Virus record (IMG/VR): IMGVR_UViG_3300045988_125079
Span: 32,001 to 96,000 of that record
Length of the DNA: 64,000 nt
From: a virus
Direction: 5' to 3' (one strand)
This document shows positions 42,509-51,779 of the stretch, in pieces (position 1 is the stretch's first letter; each line of letters opens with the position of its first letter). A program made the position numbers and the translations under genes. Under the pieces are notes generated by a model. That model was not told the origin of the DNA, made no database searches, and saw only the letters and a program-made list of their open reading frames with translations.

Positions 42509-42721
42509 TCAGTAGCTTCGCTCATATATAGTGCCATCTTCTCTAATGATTGTTACGTTCTCTAGGCCAAAATTATAAGCAGCGATGTGCTTTGCTTTAA
42601 CATAATCGCGACTCAGATGTAGAATTTTGTTACAGTCACGGACTCGCCGCTCGTAGTTGGATCGTGCAGTGATCTTCCAGCCACTCTTCTCGCAGTACAT
42701 GACGAACTCACGCATTGACAT
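42509..42721 (-). CDS. hypothetical protein (70 aa)
   Basis: ORF track trimmed from the TTG start to the ATG preceded by AGGAGG. Confidence 0.5.
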   Translation of the reverse strand: MSMREFVMYCEKSGWKITARSNYERRVRDCNKILHLSRDYVKAKHIAAYNFGLENVTIIREDGTIYERSY

Positions 42722-42807
42722 TGGCCTCCTGTAACTCAACGATCTTAGTTGATTTGTTTGAAGATTTTACAACTGTATGGAGTGAATTAAGTAACACTTA
42801 AAGAAGT

Positions 42808-43224
42808 TTAGCTAATGCGAATCAGCCCTGCTCCAACGCCCATCTTCACACCGATTGCGCCAAACTCACTGAATTCCGGTGCATTGTAGTTGACCGCATA
42901 AACACAAGGACACATATTTTCAATGTCGCCCCAATCCCACGGCCATTCATCTTTCTCGTCGCTGACATAAAGCAGATTGTCAATGACGCCGAGCTCCTTA
43001 TGGAATGACCGGATCACACTGTAAACAAGTCCGCCGTACTCTTCTTCAAATTCGTGGACAGCTGCTTTCTGTTGGTCGTCTAGAGCGTAAAAAGCGCCCC
43101 AAGGCGGCTCACTGGATAGCGGTGTACCGTCTGCCTCGAACAGTTCAATTGCTTCATGAAAGAATCCAAACGCTTTCATCCGCTTGATAGCTTCGGCGCG
43201 CTTCTCTTCGATTGATACCTTCAT
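42808..43224 (-). CDS. hypothetical protein (138 aa)
   Basis: ORF track. ATG overlaps the upstream stop. Confidence 0.6.
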   Translation of the reverse strand: MKVSIEEKRAEAIKRMKAFGFFHEAIELFEADGTPLSSEPPWGAFYALDDQQKAAVHEFEEEYGGLVYSVIRSFHKELGVIDNLLYVSDEKDEWPWDWGDIENMCPCVYAVNYNAPEFSEFGAIGVKMGVGAGLIRIS

Positions 43225-43502
43225 TAGTTATCGCCTCCTTCAGGAATCACTTCGATCGTCTTGATTGAACCCGGCGAAAAACTCCGCCCACGAAGATCTT
43301 CCAACTTCGACAGGAAATCGAGAAGCGTATGCCAGCTAGTTGGCTTGTACTTCTGTTTTGCTCCCGCACTCAGGGTTGCTTGAAGTTCGCCAACGATATA
43401 GTCATCAAGGAAGTCCAGTCGAGCACCCGCCTCGCCGTCTTCCCAGCGACCTGTTTCGCTATTCCACTTAGCGACGTCATATGTAACCAGAATCGATTTC
43501 AT
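43224..43502 (-). CDS. hypothetical protein (92 aa)
   Basis: ORF track. ATG overlaps the upstream stop. Confidence 0.6.
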   Translation of the reverse strand: MKSILVTYDVAKWNSETGRWEDGEAGARLDFLDDYIVGELQATLSAGAKQKYKPTSWHTLLDFLSKLEDLRGRSFSPGSIKTIEVIPEGGDN

Positions 43503-43870
43503 TATACTTCGCCCCTTTCAATCAGCATTCTCGCCGCTTCTTTCAGGATACAGACACCCTGTGCACAACTCGCCACATCGATATTATGCTGTCTGTAAAG
43601 CATCCAGATCCCGCCAAAGAAACATACCGGGTCGCCAGCGGTATAACCAGCTGCATTCTGCCACAAACCCAGACCGGTATTGTTGAACAGCTTGTCCTTC
43701 TTATAGGCCCGCCGCAGCCCTTCCGGTGAAATAGGAATGTACTGTTTGACCTTATCTAGACCGCCAAAATAGTCGATATAACGAGCATAAATTTCACGAT
43801 GATCGAGTTCCATGCCCGTTCGCTTATCGATAGTGTTGCAAATGATACCGCATGCCTGATCAAGTGTCAC
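43502..43870 (-). CDS. hypothetical protein (122 aa)
   Basis: ORF track. GTG start 8 nt after AAGGAGGG. Confidence 0.6.
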   Translation of the reverse strand: MTLDQACGIICNTIDKRTGMELDHREIYARYIDYFGGLDKVKQYIPISPEGLRRAYKKDKLFNNTGLGLWQNAAGYTAGDPVCFFGGIWMLYRQHNIDVASCAQGVCILKEAARMLIERGEV

Positions 43871-43884
43871 AACTGCGTCCCTCC

Positions 43885-44172
43885 TTATTTATTGGATTTG
43901 CATTGATATTTTCGCTCAACTAATTCAGCTTCAGCACAAGTCATGCCATATCGCCATCGGATATCAACAACGGATTCGACCCAGTTTCCAGTCTTACGAT
44001 TCTTTATGACACGAACCTCTTCAACATCTTTGTGAATCTGTGTGCCGGGTTTCGGGAGATAAGTCAAAACGGTTTCCTCAGAATGTTCCAGATCATATGA
44101 GCCAACAAATGTACAATCACGTTTGATCAGATCAAAAATTTTCTTACGGTTCTGTTTGGACAAGTTTCGCAC
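43885..44172 (-). CDS. hypothetical protein (95 aa)
   Basis: ORF track. GTG start 10 nt after AAGGAGG. Confidence 0.55.
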   Translation of the reverse strand: MRNLSKQNRKKIFDLIKRDCTFVGSYDLEHSEETVLTYLPKPGTQIHKDVEEVRVIKNRKTGNWVESVVDIRWRYGMTCAEAELVERKYQCKSNK

Positions 44173-44190
44173 AGCTGCGCCGCCTCCTTA

Positions 44191-44457
44191 CTATTCTTCG
44201 AGTGTGATATCATCGTGACCAGCATCTTCAAGTGGTTCATCTGTTGCAAGCGCAATGATCTCGTCAATGTTGTTTTCGATTAGATATTTGACATCTTCCA
44301 GTCGCTGATCCAGAATTTCTTTCATCTGGGTTCTGACTGCTGTTTCACCGATATATGCGTAATTGCACTTCAGAGCCAGAATCAGGTCGTCAAACGTAAC
44401 GGGATCGAGAATCGTATCGCTGGTGAGCATGTCTTTGCCGAGTTTCCATTCAGACAT
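44191..44457 (-). CDS. hypothetical acidic protein (88 aa); ends TAG-TAA
   Basis: ORF track trimmed to MSEWKLGK, which has AAAGGAGA upstream. The TAG terminator is immediately followed by in-frame TAA. Confidence 0.55.
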   Translation of the reverse strand: MSEWKLGKDMLTSDTILDPVTFDDLILALKCNYAYIGETAVRTQMKEILDQRLEDVKYLIENNIDEIIALATDEPLEDAGHDDITLEE

Positions 44458-44488
44458 CTTGCGGGTCTCCTTTCTGCGACAGTCGTGC

Positions 44489-44803
44489 TTAAAATCTCCT
44501 GAACTGTACAAACTTGCCGTTAGCGTAGCAGGGAGAGTAGCACTGAATTCTTGTACCGTATCGCTCAAGGAATGCGTTTACAAAAACAGGTTCGCCCTGA
44601 AGAATTACAGCTTCCGGTTTCATGGTCATAACTGTATCAGCCGTATCCCATGCGAGAACTCGGACTCGGACAGAGGAATCAGTCGGCACAATAGTAGGTA
44701 GCGCCCAATCATGAAGAGTGCCATCTGTGCACATCTTTCGTGCTGCATCGAGCTGAGCGTTGGACCATTGGGCGATAGAAAGTTCCGTCATATTGAGAAC
44801 CAT
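44489..44803 (-). CDS. hypothetical protein (104 aa)
   Basis: ORF track. AAGGAGG upstream. Confidence 0.6.
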   Translation of the reverse strand: MVLNMTELSIAQWSNAQLDAARKMCTDGTLHDWALPTIVPTDSSVRVRVLAWDTADTVMTMKPEAVILQGEPVFVNAFLERYGTRIQCYSPCYANGKFVQFRRF

Positions 44804-44819
44804 TGCTACGTTTGCCTCC

Positions 44820-45164
44820 TTATTCTTTTACGGATAGTTCTTTTGCCATAATTCTTTCGCGCATCTCAGCTCCAGTTGAGGAAAAGTAATCGCGAGTAAG
44901 AACCCATGCATCTTCTTCGCCGCAGATTTCGGAAGGCTCTTTGAACAAACGAATTGCTTCGTCTGGCTTTTTACCACCAAAGATTTCCTTCTTAGCCGCA
45001 TCTGTGATACAAGGATCATTGTAGAGATTATGCCACCATTTTTCTTGTTCTTTAAGATACTCAAGTGCTTGTTCTTCAGTAACAAAAAGATCGTAATGAA
45101 ACTTGTCGTCGTGAATAGTTTCGTCACGGTCTTCATGGGACATAAAAATTCCCCAAACAAACAT
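44820..45164 (-). CDS. hypothetical protein (114 aa)
   Basis: ORF track trimmed to the ATG 9 nt after AAGGAGG. Confidence 0.55.
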   Translation of the reverse strand: MFVWGIFMSHEDRDETIHDDKFHYDLFVTEEQALEYLKEQEKWWHNLYNDPCITDAAKKEIFGGKKPDEAIRLFKEPSEICGEEDAWVLTRDYFSSTGAEMRERIMAKELSVKE

Positions 45165-45180
45165 ACTGCGCCGCCTCCTT

Positions 45181-45387
45181 TCATCCCATTTCGATCGTGA
45201 CACTGTTATATTCAGGGGTTCGATACATCACATCAGTTTCCCACTTCTTGGCACAATCGTAACTGGCGAATGCACGGCGGACCACCTTGAGCGGGATTTT
45301 GCCATTGTTGTCGGCGTAGAATGTAATCTTGTAATGCTGGAGCCGATAGCTAGCGTCTGCATAATCACCCATGCTGTGAACCCTCAC
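45181..45387 (-). CDS. hypothetical protein (68 aa)
   Basis: ORF track. GTG overlaps the upstream TGA. An alternative ATG lies at 45372. Confidence 0.5.
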   Translation of the reverse strand: MRVHSMGDYADASYRLQHYKITFYADNNGKIPLKVVRRAFASYDCAKKWETDVMYRTPEYNSVTIEMG

Positions 45388-45653
45388 TTCACTTCTCTTG
45401 ATTCGATCTGGACAAAACGCTCAAGCTCGTCGCCGTCTCCGTTCTTCCAACAATAACTAAGATTGCGTCCATCAGTATCGAACACAACGTCATAGCACTC
45501 CGGGTCTGCACTCACCGATTTTGCCATATCGGTCAACATTTTCATAGCACAATCGAGACTGCTATAGACATCCCCATTGTAATGATTGAACATCACCCAC
45601 GACTGGCCTTTGACTCGCTTGGAATAGGAATTATCTAAAATATGTACCATCAT
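45384..45653 (-). CDS. hypothetical protein (89 aa)
   Basis: ORF track. Confidence 0.55.
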   Translation of the reverse strand: MMVHILDNSYSKRVKGQSWVMFNHYNGDVYSSLDCAMKMLTDMAKSVSADPECYDVVFDTDGRNLSYCWKNGDGDELERFVQIESREVK

Positions 45654-45711
45654 TGTTACAACTTCCTTCTTTTTATCCGCTGCATTCTCTGTGGATTATA
45701 TATAGCGACGC

Positions 45712-45948
45712 TCATACCATATAGAAGTAAGAATACTTGATTTCTGGAGCGTATTTGTACTGGGTGACACACTCCAGCCCAATGATATGTTTGTTGCCTT
45801 GTAGGAGCGCCTTCTGACCTGGCGATAAAGTACAGTCAAGCAGCACCCGCATTGCCGGCTGACCACCCTTCAAGAGAACATTCTGATACTCGATCACATG
45901 GCTTTTGATCCTTGGCGGAAGGGATTCAATCCGTTTCGCGGTGTTCAT
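45712..45948 (-). CDS. hypothetical protein (78 aa)
   Basis: ORF track. GAGGAAA upstream. Confidence 0.55.
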   Translation of the reverse strand: MNTAKRIESLPPRIKSHVIEYQNVLLKGGQPAMRVLLDCTLSPGQKALLQGNKHIIGLECVTQYKYAPEIKYSYFYMV

Positions 45949-46263
45949 GTTGATTTCCTCTTTTCTTTTTGTGTGTGCTATTGTATTGGATGTGGTTACG
46001 TCTGCCTCGGTACCACCAGTCGCCCGACATTAACTCACCATTCTGCGTTTTGTATCCCATATTTCAGGCGAGGAACATGGTCGGTGACACCAGATAACTT
46101 TTTACAGCAATTATCAATACTGTACACAGAAAAGACCTTGTACTCCAATAGACATGGTCACATATCTATGTAAGAATGCGATTGATTGACTTGCCATTTA
46201 TTAACGCCCTTATACAGGTCTTACATAATCATTAATGACTACCGTCAATCAATTTTGCAGCGA

Positions 46264-46295
46264 TCATAAAAGAGGCCGCTGACTTTTGGCCTCTT
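46264..46295 (-). terminator. rho-independent terminator
   Basis: Minus-sense AAGAGGCC-aaaagtcagc-GGCCTCTT followed by TTATGAT. Confidence 0.55.
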
Positions 46296-46354
46296 GAACG
46301 GTGTCCAGAGGGGCACCGAAAGTCTATTCGTTTCATCAAGTATATTGTTAGGCG

Positions 46355-46462
46355 TCAAAACAGTTTGTATCGCCATGCCATGAAAACTTTCTCATTGGAT
46401 TCAGACGCGACCTTGCACCAATGGCAATACCCTATCGGCTTGCTATTCATGTCTAAAAACAT
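46355..46462 (-). CDS. 35-aa peptide (CxxC)
   Basis: ORF track 46355-46573 (GTG start) trimmed to MFLDMNSK, which has AAAGGAGG 10 nt upstream. Confidence 0.4.
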   Translation of the reverse strand: MFLDMNSKPIGYCHWCKVASESNEKVFMAWRYKLF

Positions 46463-46742
46463 GTAATTTGAACCTCCTTTCTGATGTGTTCGTTCGCTTA
46501 CACGACCTTTAAGATACTTACGAAATTCAATTTTGAATCCGTGCACTGACTCGCGATCGAAAAACGTTTTCACCCTCGGGCGGAACGCTTGCTCTTACTG
46601 CTACGCTTTTTCAACGTGCTTTTAAAACTGGGCTTGGAACCAGCACGGTTCTGCAGAACTCGTGGCCGCATTACACTCCGGCACTATTGCACCGGAGCGT
46701 CCTCTGCGTTATTCATCGCAACAATCGAAATAAACGTCATAA

Positions 46743-46751
46743 ATTATATCA
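46743..46751 (-). promoter_or_regulatory. extended -10 element (TGATATAAT)
   Basis: Minus-sense TG-A-TATAAT, about 280 nt upstream of the 35-aa ORF. No clear -35. Confidence 0.35.
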
Positions 46752-46823
46752 CCAATAACATCTTCGATTGAGCGATTGGAAATCATTGTATGTAGTAAAC
46801 TTTTGGCAACGGTGTACCGCTGG

Positions 46824-47195
46824 TCAGGACCGCACCACTTTCAACTCGCCGCGCTTACGGTTAGGTTTCGTGCCAGGCATGTAAATTGGCCTTGCAGTAG
46901 CCACCTTTGTGACCTGCTCTTCGACTGCAGGACTCAGCGGCTTAACATCCTTCGTGCTCCGTGCCGGCGTAATACTTGCATCGTCATTCGGCAGACGGTA
47001 TGGGCCAGCAAAATGAGTCTTGCGCAAATTCACGTCAACCGCTTCCAGGTCGTCCAGACTGAGGCCACGCTTGGCGACCTCGTTCGGAGTAAACAATTCT
47101 CCAGCAACAATAGCTGACCAGTATTCGATACCGCCGCGCCTCCTGACCAGGTAAGGCTTACCATCAGACGTTAATTTGACACGATAAAACAGCAT
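46824..47195 (-). CDS. hypothetical protein (123 aa)
   Basis: ORF track. GAGAGGTAAA upstream. Confidence 0.6.
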   Translation of the reverse strand: MLFYRVKLTSDGKPYLVRRRGGIEYWSAIVAGELFTPNEVAKRGLSLDDLEAVDVNLRKTHFAGPYRLPNDDASITPARSTKDVKPLSPAVEEQVTKVATARPIYMPGTKPNRKRGELKVVRS

Positions 47196-47211
47196 TTTTA
47201 TTTACCTCTCT

Positions 47212-47457
47212 TCAAATTTTGTATATTGCAATCATGAGCACCGCAGCGATCATGGTTACATACAAAGTAGCTACAATCGGCTCTTCGTGAAATATTTCCA
47301 CAACTTCATACCAGCATTTTTGGCAAACCTTGCAAAGCCGATTGTATGTTTTAAAACAGCCCAGATAGTAAAATCCTCGGCCGATCTGAATACCTGCCGT
47401 TGAGATTACAAGAACTCCGATTGTTCCGAGAATCCATTCAAACACGAATCGCGCCAC
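47212..47457 (-). CDS. small membrane protein (81 aa)
   Basis: Two hydrophobic helices and a CxxC motif. GTG start is uncertain. Confidence 0.5.
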   Translation of the reverse strand: MARFVFEWILGTIGVLVISTAGIQIGRGFYYLGCFKTYNRLCKVCQKCWYEVVEIFHEEPIVATLYVTMIAAVLMIAIYKI

Positions 47458-47460
47458 CTT

Positions 47461-47703
47461 TCAGATTTTAATAAACTGATCCAGATATAAACGAAGGCCG
47501 AGCATTTTGAAAAACGCCCGACCTGTTGTTGTATATGAGATTTTACGATAGCCGCAATCCCGTCGACTTTCACCGTTATTGATTGCTACACGGACGCGTT
47601 CTTCACCAGCTACACAATCGTAACGAAGGATTTCATATCCGCCATGATTACAGACCGGATACACAGCGATCGCCCGTGACAGTTCGACTGTAGCGCTTTT
47701 CAT
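47461..47703 (-). CDS. hypothetical protein (80 aa)
   Basis: ORF track trimmed to MKSATVEL. Overlaps the 3' end of 47648-48022. Confidence 0.45.
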   Translation of the reverse strand: MKSATVELSRAIAVYPVCNHGGYEILRYDCVAGEERVRVAINNGESRRDCGYRKISYTTTGRAFFKMLGLRLYLDQFIKI

Positions 47704-48022
47704 AAACCATTCTCGCCTTCTTTCCAAACATGTTTCGTCCACGTTTAGTCATCTGTCCATCGTCATGAACAATAAACCCATTATGATCTGTAATAGTCGC
47801 AATCAGCTTGCCGCCCCGTTCAATTTGCTCCCAGACAAGATGTTTTGGAATGTTAGATTTATAGCTTGCAAGCTCTTTGAATCCATTTCGTGCCTGCTCA
47901 AAAAATTGCGGACTGAGATACGTGTCATTGAGTTTGACGATTTTCAGGATTTCCAAATTCTCATTGATAACGACGCCAAACATTTCTTCAGCGACGTTTT
48001 CATAAATCTCGCTGATTATCAT
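47648..48022 (-). CDS. hypothetical protein (124 aa)
   Basis: ORF track trimmed to MIISEIY, directly after the stop of 48024-48746. Confidence 0.5.
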   Translation of the reverse strand: MIISEIYENVAEEMFGVVINENLEILKIVKLNDTYLSPQFFEQARNGFKELASYKSNIPKHLVWEQIERGGKLIATITDHNGFIVHDDGQMTKRGRNMFGKKARMVYEKRYSRTVTGDRCVSGL

Positions 48023-48023
48023 T

Positions 48024-48746
48024 TTAGAAATCATCCCCTTCTTCGTCTTCGCCAATGTAACACATCTCTTGTTTCAAGCCGACTTCTGGAATCACCTTAA
48101 CAATGGAAGCCCGGCGGATTCGCCCGACTTTCAATTCGTATTTGAGCAGCTCAAACGTGGATCTTGCCGCTGCTTGAATTGGAAATCGCAATATTTGTTC
48201 TTCGCCAGTCAGGTGGATGATGCGAACTTGATATAACCCCTGCGGCTTAGGCTCTGTCGTGTAATCTTTAGGAAGAGACCGTGCCAGGACTTTATATTTG
48301 CCGTCTCCAGTCTTTTCGCAAAGGCACACCGAGTAGCAATTCATATTTTCATTGGCTGTTTTCCAACCAAGAAACTCCTTATTCGCTTCTTCAAGTGTAG
48401 AATAGAATTTCTTACTGATACCAGAACCTCTTTTAGAGCCTTTTATAAGTTCGAGCTGAACCATATACTCAGGCGGGGATTTTTTGGTTTGTTGCTGTGT
48501 TGCCCTGAGTTCTTGTACTTCGCCATCTTTTAGATTCAGAGCAAAGAACACAGCGGTTTCAGTGGCAGGATTCGAACTAGTGATATAGTTCTCTTTTTTG
48601 TCGAGCTCGTCGCAAATTTTTCTGATTTCTTCGAGTTGTTTTAAAGCATTTTCTGCCAGAGAACAGTTACGATATTGGATAGTATTTTCGTATTTGTGTA
48701 ATGCTCCAAACCATGCAAGTTCAAAGATCTGTTTCACAGTCAGCAT
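48024..48746 (-). CDS. hypothetical protein (240 aa)
   Basis: ORF track. ATG start. Confidence 0.65.
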   Translation of the reverse strand: MLTVKQIFELAWFGALHKYENTIQYRNCSLAENALKQLEEIRKICDELDKKENYITSSNPATETAVFFALNLKDGEVQELRATQQQTKKSPPEYMVQLELIKGSKRGSGISKKFYSTLEEANKEFLGWKTANENMNCYSVCLCEKTGDGKYKVLARSLPKDYTTEPKPQGLYQVRIIHLTGEEQILRFPIQAAARSTFELLKYELKVGRIRRASIVKVIPEVGLKQEMCYIGEDEEGDDF

Positions 48747-48800
48747 TCGATTTTATTCCCCTTTTTCTGCTGCTACCTTGCAGTGTTCTTACTCGTCGGT

Positions 48801-49283
48801 TTACACATCGCCTCGCACAATGCCCATCACGGGAACACGCTGGCCTTCGCCCTGTTCAAACACATGAGCCTCGGTAGCGCGACCACCATAAACTTCACGC
48901 TTAGCCAGCTCAAAGTTTTCTTCAGCTTCCTTGTAGCTTCTGCACGGGTATTCAATTTGACCAAGACAAACCCATTTGATAGCAATAACATAAGGGGCTT
49001 CAGCAATCACCTGCTTATATGATTCCCGTCCACGATTCATGGAATCATTGCGCTCTTTAACTGCTTCTTCAGCCAGCTTGATTGCCATATCGGCACTGGT
49101 CGGGTGCTGCTTATGTTTTTCTTTCAGATAGACAGCTTCGATTGCATTCAAAGTCCCTTCACAGTCTTTTACAAGAGCTGCCGTTTTAGCACAGGGAATC
49201 GAATCATAAATAGCGCGTGCCGATTCGTATTCGTTCATTGCGCCCTTACGTGCATACTTGAGAATAGTCAGATTATCCAGCAT
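48801..49283 (-). CDS. hypothetical protein (160 aa)
   Basis: ORF track. AGAGAGGTAAATAAAA upstream. Confidence 0.65.
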   Translation of the reverse strand: MLDNLTILKYARKGAMNEYESARAIYDSIPCAKTAALVKDCEGTLNAIEAVYLKEKHKQHPTSADMAIKLAEEAVKERNDSMNRGRESYKQVIAEAPYVIAIKWVCLGQIEYPCRSYKEAEENFELAKREVYGGRATEAHVFEQGEGQRVPVMGIVRGDV

Positions 49284-49314
49284 TTTTATTTACCTCTCTT
49301 TGCTTATATATATA

Positions 49315-49881
49315 TCAGTCTGCTTTAGTGCAGTCAGACCACAGAACATCTTCCACGAAATCGTCAGAAAAATCCGGAGTTCCATTTGAATTGATAACGA
49401 GTGTCGCACTTTCACCGCGCTGCAGTGGGCAGAACCCGTAAAAGAACCAGTCTTCACCGTACTGGTCAGAAAACCAGACGCATTCACTTTGATTGTAGAT
49501 GCCGAAGACAGTTCCCTTCAAAATATAACGGCCAAGCGGTCCAACGGCCACATTGGCATAGGAACTTTGAATCGGATTTACCGCTACAACTTCGTCGTCG
49601 TAGATATACTCGGGTGTACCAGCGTCGCTCATTACGAGCTCGACTTCTTGCCCAACGATAAAATCAGGGTCGGCATTAAAAGCCCAAAGCTGGCCACGTT
49701 CATCCAGCGCAGTAAATTCACCGTCGATTTCGCTCCAGATTGTTCCGGCTTTGGTGTATGTCTGCTGAGGCATGGTGCCGGCAGCGTTTGCACTAGGAAC
49801 AGGAATTGCGAATATTGTAGTGATGAGGATAACGGCTGCGATGATAACAGTCATTCCTCGAAGCGAACGCATTGTTTTCAT
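49315..49881 (-). CDS. secreted protein (signal peptide)
   Basis: MKTMRSLRGMTVIIAAVILITTIFAIPVPSANA-AG. Confidence 0.65.
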   Translation of the reverse strand: MKTMRSLRGMTVIIAAVILITTIFAIPVPSANAAGTMPQQTYTKAGTIWSEIDGEFTALDERGQLWAFNADPDFIVGQEVELVMSDAGTPEYIYDDEVVAVNPIQSSYANVAVGPLGRYILKGTVFGIYNQSECVWFSDQYGEDWFFYGFCPLQRGESATLVINSNGTPDFSDDFVEDVLWSDCTKAD

Positions 49882-49929
49882 AATGATTTACCTTTCTTTA
49901 ATTCAAATGGATTCGTAACAGTGGCACTT

Positions 49930-50139
49930 TTAACGGCGGTGCTTCTCTCGCGCTTCGGCTGCAAAGCCCAGCTGCATGAAGAAAATTGCCAGCAGGATCA
50001 GCACCATAGCCGTAATAAACGCACCGTCCGAAACGATGCCGCCGGTCTGACAGGTGCCCTCAAGGCCCATGCTGTACAGCAGGCCCACGCAAAAGCTGCT
50101 CATCGCCAGCAAGTACCAAACGCCAGATTTGATTCTCAT
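49930..50139 (-). CDS. small membrane protein (69 aa)
   Basis: Two hydrophobic helices. AAGAAAGGAAAA upstream. Confidence 0.55.
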   Translation of the reverse strand: MRIKSGVWYLLAMSSFCVGLLYSMGLEGTCQTGGIVSDGAFITAMVLILLAIFFMQLGFAAEAREKHRR

Positions 50140-50154
50140 GTGGATTTTCCTTTC

Positions 50155-50292
50155 TTATTCTATCCAGCTTTTTGCGGAGCTTACATAATCAACACCCGCA
50201 TTCTGCAATGCTTCACGATATACAGTGGCCAGTTCGGTGTCGCCAAACATAATCGCTAAATCATAGGCGGATTCAATTGCGATAATGGACAT
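50155..50292 (-). CDS. small hypothetical protein (45 aa)
   Basis: Hand-translated MSIIAIESAYDLAIMF...SWIE. GAGGTG upstream. Below the ORF-track cutoff. Confidence 0.4.
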   Translation of the reverse strand: MSIIAIESAYDLAIMFGDTELATVYREALQNAGVDYVSSAKSWIE

Positions 50293-50305
50293 GACATCAC
50301 ACCTC

Positions 50306-50599
50306 TTATGCTTTGTAATTGCGGCACTTCACACCGTTCTGACGGCGAGAACAAGTCATACGCTTACAACCTTCACAACCGCCACAAGCTGCAACTGAAA
50401 TCAAATCATACACAGGATGAGCGACAATCAGGTCGTAACAGCCGGGTGTACTAGGAGTGTGCCAGCGATTTGGCTCGATTTCGATTGCATTTTCTGGCAG
50501 AGAGTCAATCTGAGTGGACAAACCCTCTTCGTCATAGCGAATCAAAGTGTATCCAGTCAGCCTATAACCGGGTTTAGCCGGAAATTCAAACGATTTCAT
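50306..50599 (-). CDS. hypothetical Cys-rich protein (97 aa)
   Basis: ORF track trimmed to MKSFEFPAK, which has AAGGAGA upstream. C-terminal ACGGCEGCKRMTC. Confidence 0.55.
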   Translation of the reverse strand: MKSFEFPAKPGYRLTGYTLIRYDEEGLSTQIDSLPENAIEIEPNRWHTPSTPGCYDLIVAHPVYDLISVAACGGCEGCKRMTCSRRQNGVKCRNYKA

Positions 50600-50771
50600 A
50601 ACGGATTCTCCTTTGCTTTTGCATGGGTAAAATGCCTGCTGGGGCGTACTGGGGCGGTATACTATCTTCCCCGTGACCGCCAATCGCACGGCATAAGAAA
50701 AGAGGTAAAAGAAAACGCCAGCACTTGTGTCTTGCGGACGCACTTGCTGACGTTGGGGTTGGTTATTAAAT

Positions 50772-50799
50772 TTGGGCGGTTTTATGTCATGCCCGGGAC
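50772..50799 (-). promoter_or_regulatory. conserved 27-nt post-stop motif, copy 1 (GTCCCGGGCATGAC core)
   Basis: 22/27 identical to 51746-51772. Lies 8 nt downstream of the stop of 50808-50993. Confidence 0.4.
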
Positions 50800-50807
50800 G
50801 TGCAGGG

Positions 50808-50993
50808 TCAGAGTTCGTTGATTTCTACTCTTATAACGGTTTGGTTTTCACCGTAATTCAGCTTCATAGCATACAAAGTCAAATCACGAAACTCTTCTGC
50901 TTCTTTCTTCGTAGCAAAATTAGTTGTCGTTAAGACTTTCGGTTCGTCTCTAAGGCAACTGATAGTTTTAACTACGAATTTATTTTCAGCCAT
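50808..50993 (-). CDS. hypothetical protein (61 aa)
   Basis: ORF track. GGAGGTAAATTT upstream. Confidence 0.55.
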   Translation of the reverse strand: MAENKFVVKTISCLRDEPKVLTTTNFATKKEAEEFRDLTLYAMKLNYGENQTVIRVEINEL

Positions 50994-51071
50994 AAATTTA
51001 CCTCCTGCGCTGGAATGGGATTAAACTAATCGCATTATAACGAACAGCGGAAGTAAATTCAAGGCGAAAAT

Positions 51072-51665
51072 TCAACGTTTACCAGATTTTACAGGAAACT
51101 GAGGATTAAGAGGACGGTAACCGTCGGTCGTATTGCCGTCCATATACTGGGCCATCTTATTATCCATAAAACGAATTCGACCATTCACATCAATCTGGCC
51201 ACCGTAGATTTCTTGGCTCGCAATCTGATACTCTTTCGAGAGGACAATTGGTGAATTACCGGCACTACGACCGATACCTTTGCCTTTAAACCGACGAATA
51301 CAAGATTTGCAATTGTCAGAAAACGCACGGTTATACATTGCATTTTCACAACGCCTTACAGAATCGGTTTGTTTTTCAGATTTGGATTTGATTTTCCAAA
51401 CCTGAATACGATGCTGGTGGACTGCTTCAAGAAGGAACGCGCTGATTTTAGTGGGACAAATTCGTACCCACTTAGAACCATTGTTCAGGATCACCATAGA
51501 AGGATATACACCAACTGCTGTCGCATATGGCTTAGTGATGAAATGAACACCACCGAACGAACCATAAAGTTCATTCAAGTTTACAACGTTACCACAGAAC
51601 AGCGTGGGCGTTTTTGCTTGAATAACCCATGCCTTCTGCGCATTGTCTCTGTAATTCGTTTTCAT
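51072..51665 (-). CDS. hypothetical protein (197 aa)
   Basis: ORF track. AGAGGTAAA upstream. Confidence 0.65.
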   Translation of the reverse strand: MKTNYRDNAQKAWVIQAKTPTLFCGNVVNLNELYGSFGGVHFITKPYATAVGVYPSMVILNNGSKWVRICPTKISAFLLEAVHQHRIQVWKIKSKSEKQTDSVRRCENAMYNRAFSDNCKSCIRRFKGKGIGRSAGNSPIVLSKEYQIASQEIYGGQIDVNGRIRFMDNKMAQYMDGNTTDGYRPLNPQFPVKSGKR

Positions 51666-51745
51666 TGCGCATTTACCTCTCTTTTCTATCAGAATCTTAG
51701 TTTAAAGCCCCCGCGCCACGTCAAGGCGTTCTGAATTTGCGGGAG

Positions 51746-51772
51746 TGAGCAGTTTAACGTCATGCCCGGGAC
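51746..51772 (-). promoter_or_regulatory. conserved 27-nt post-stop motif, copy 2
   Basis: Lies 7 nt downstream of the stop of 51780-52418. See copy 1. Confidence 0.4.
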
Positions 51773-51779
51773 AGCGCTA

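Noticed and set aside
47648-47742. Programmed frameshift joining 47648-48022 to 47461-47703
   Set aside because: The two frames overlap by 56-95 nt, but I found no X-XXY-YYZ slippery heptamer or downstream structure. Going from the first frame to the second would need a +1 shift at an unremarkable GAA-AAG.
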